DNA of 62,469 nt, counting the filler, from Squatina squatina (Eukaryota), in the NCBI GenBank assembly GCA_031763465.1. It is 4 parts of 4 records of this genome, joined end to end, with 100 filler letters (N's around TTAATTAATTAA, not from the genome) between each part and the next. Parts side by side here need not be neighbours in the genome. Positions count along the whole stretch, not along the records: positions 47,860 to 62,469 come from JARFOE010000219.1; 3 more parts are not named here. The stretch is one strand, 5' to 3'. Shown piece by piece: positions 62,248 to 62,469 of this stretch. Made by a program: the position numbers and the translations under genes. How positions within the stretch are numbered: position 1 is the first letter of the stretch; every line of letters begins with the position of its first letter. The notes under the pieces are model-generated. The model was not told the origin of the DNA, did no database searches, and worked only from the letters and a program-made list of their open reading frames with translations.

Positions 62248-62469
62248 GTAAGTGGGACTATAAAAAAAAACAAATGGACTGTCTGGCCTCCACATGTCTG
62301 CATGGCAGAATTCCCAACTGTCCTGTTTTCGGTGGGAGTCTACTGATACCGGTGATTCCTTTCACGAGCTCTGCTGTTGGTAACTCGGGAGAAAAGTTTG
62401 ATGTAACCCCAATTTGTGCAAATCAGCTGTTTATTCATTCCCCCCACCCCCGTCTCCCCCCACCCCCGT

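Overview
This is eukaryotic DNA, not prokaryotic. It is vertebrate, most likely shark or ray, judged from SacSINE1/DeuSINE-like SINEs and CR1 and L2 LINE remnants. The window is not one locus. Four scaffolds are joined by artificial 44N-TTAATTAATTAA-44N linkers (13785-13884, 34360-34459, 47760-47859). Each scaffold is a string of short contigs separated mostly by 100-N gaps, which suggests reference-guided ordering. Scaffold 1 has TBP exons, one epsin exon, intronless EXOC8 and GNPAT exons. Scaffold 2 has a near-complete Aurora B-type kinase, exons of NUP88, C1QBP, a hephaestin-like ferroxidase, CAMKK1 and P2RX1, and a 34-bp satellite. Scaffold 3 has an epsin exon, an AHR exon and unidentified candidate exons. 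Scaffold 4 has RAB15, CHURC1 and SPTB exons. I found no convincing novel biological system. The strongest oddities are a bacterial ABC-ATPase fragment fused in frame into EXOC8 (probably an assembly chimera), an epsin exon inside a TBP intron, an Aurora B with Aurora A-like residues, a TSD-flanked hairpin insertion 3' of RAB15, a degenerate hammerhead core, and orphan exons. Gene calls rest on my recall of vertebrate protein sequences plus splice-site and phase logic; no database search was run.
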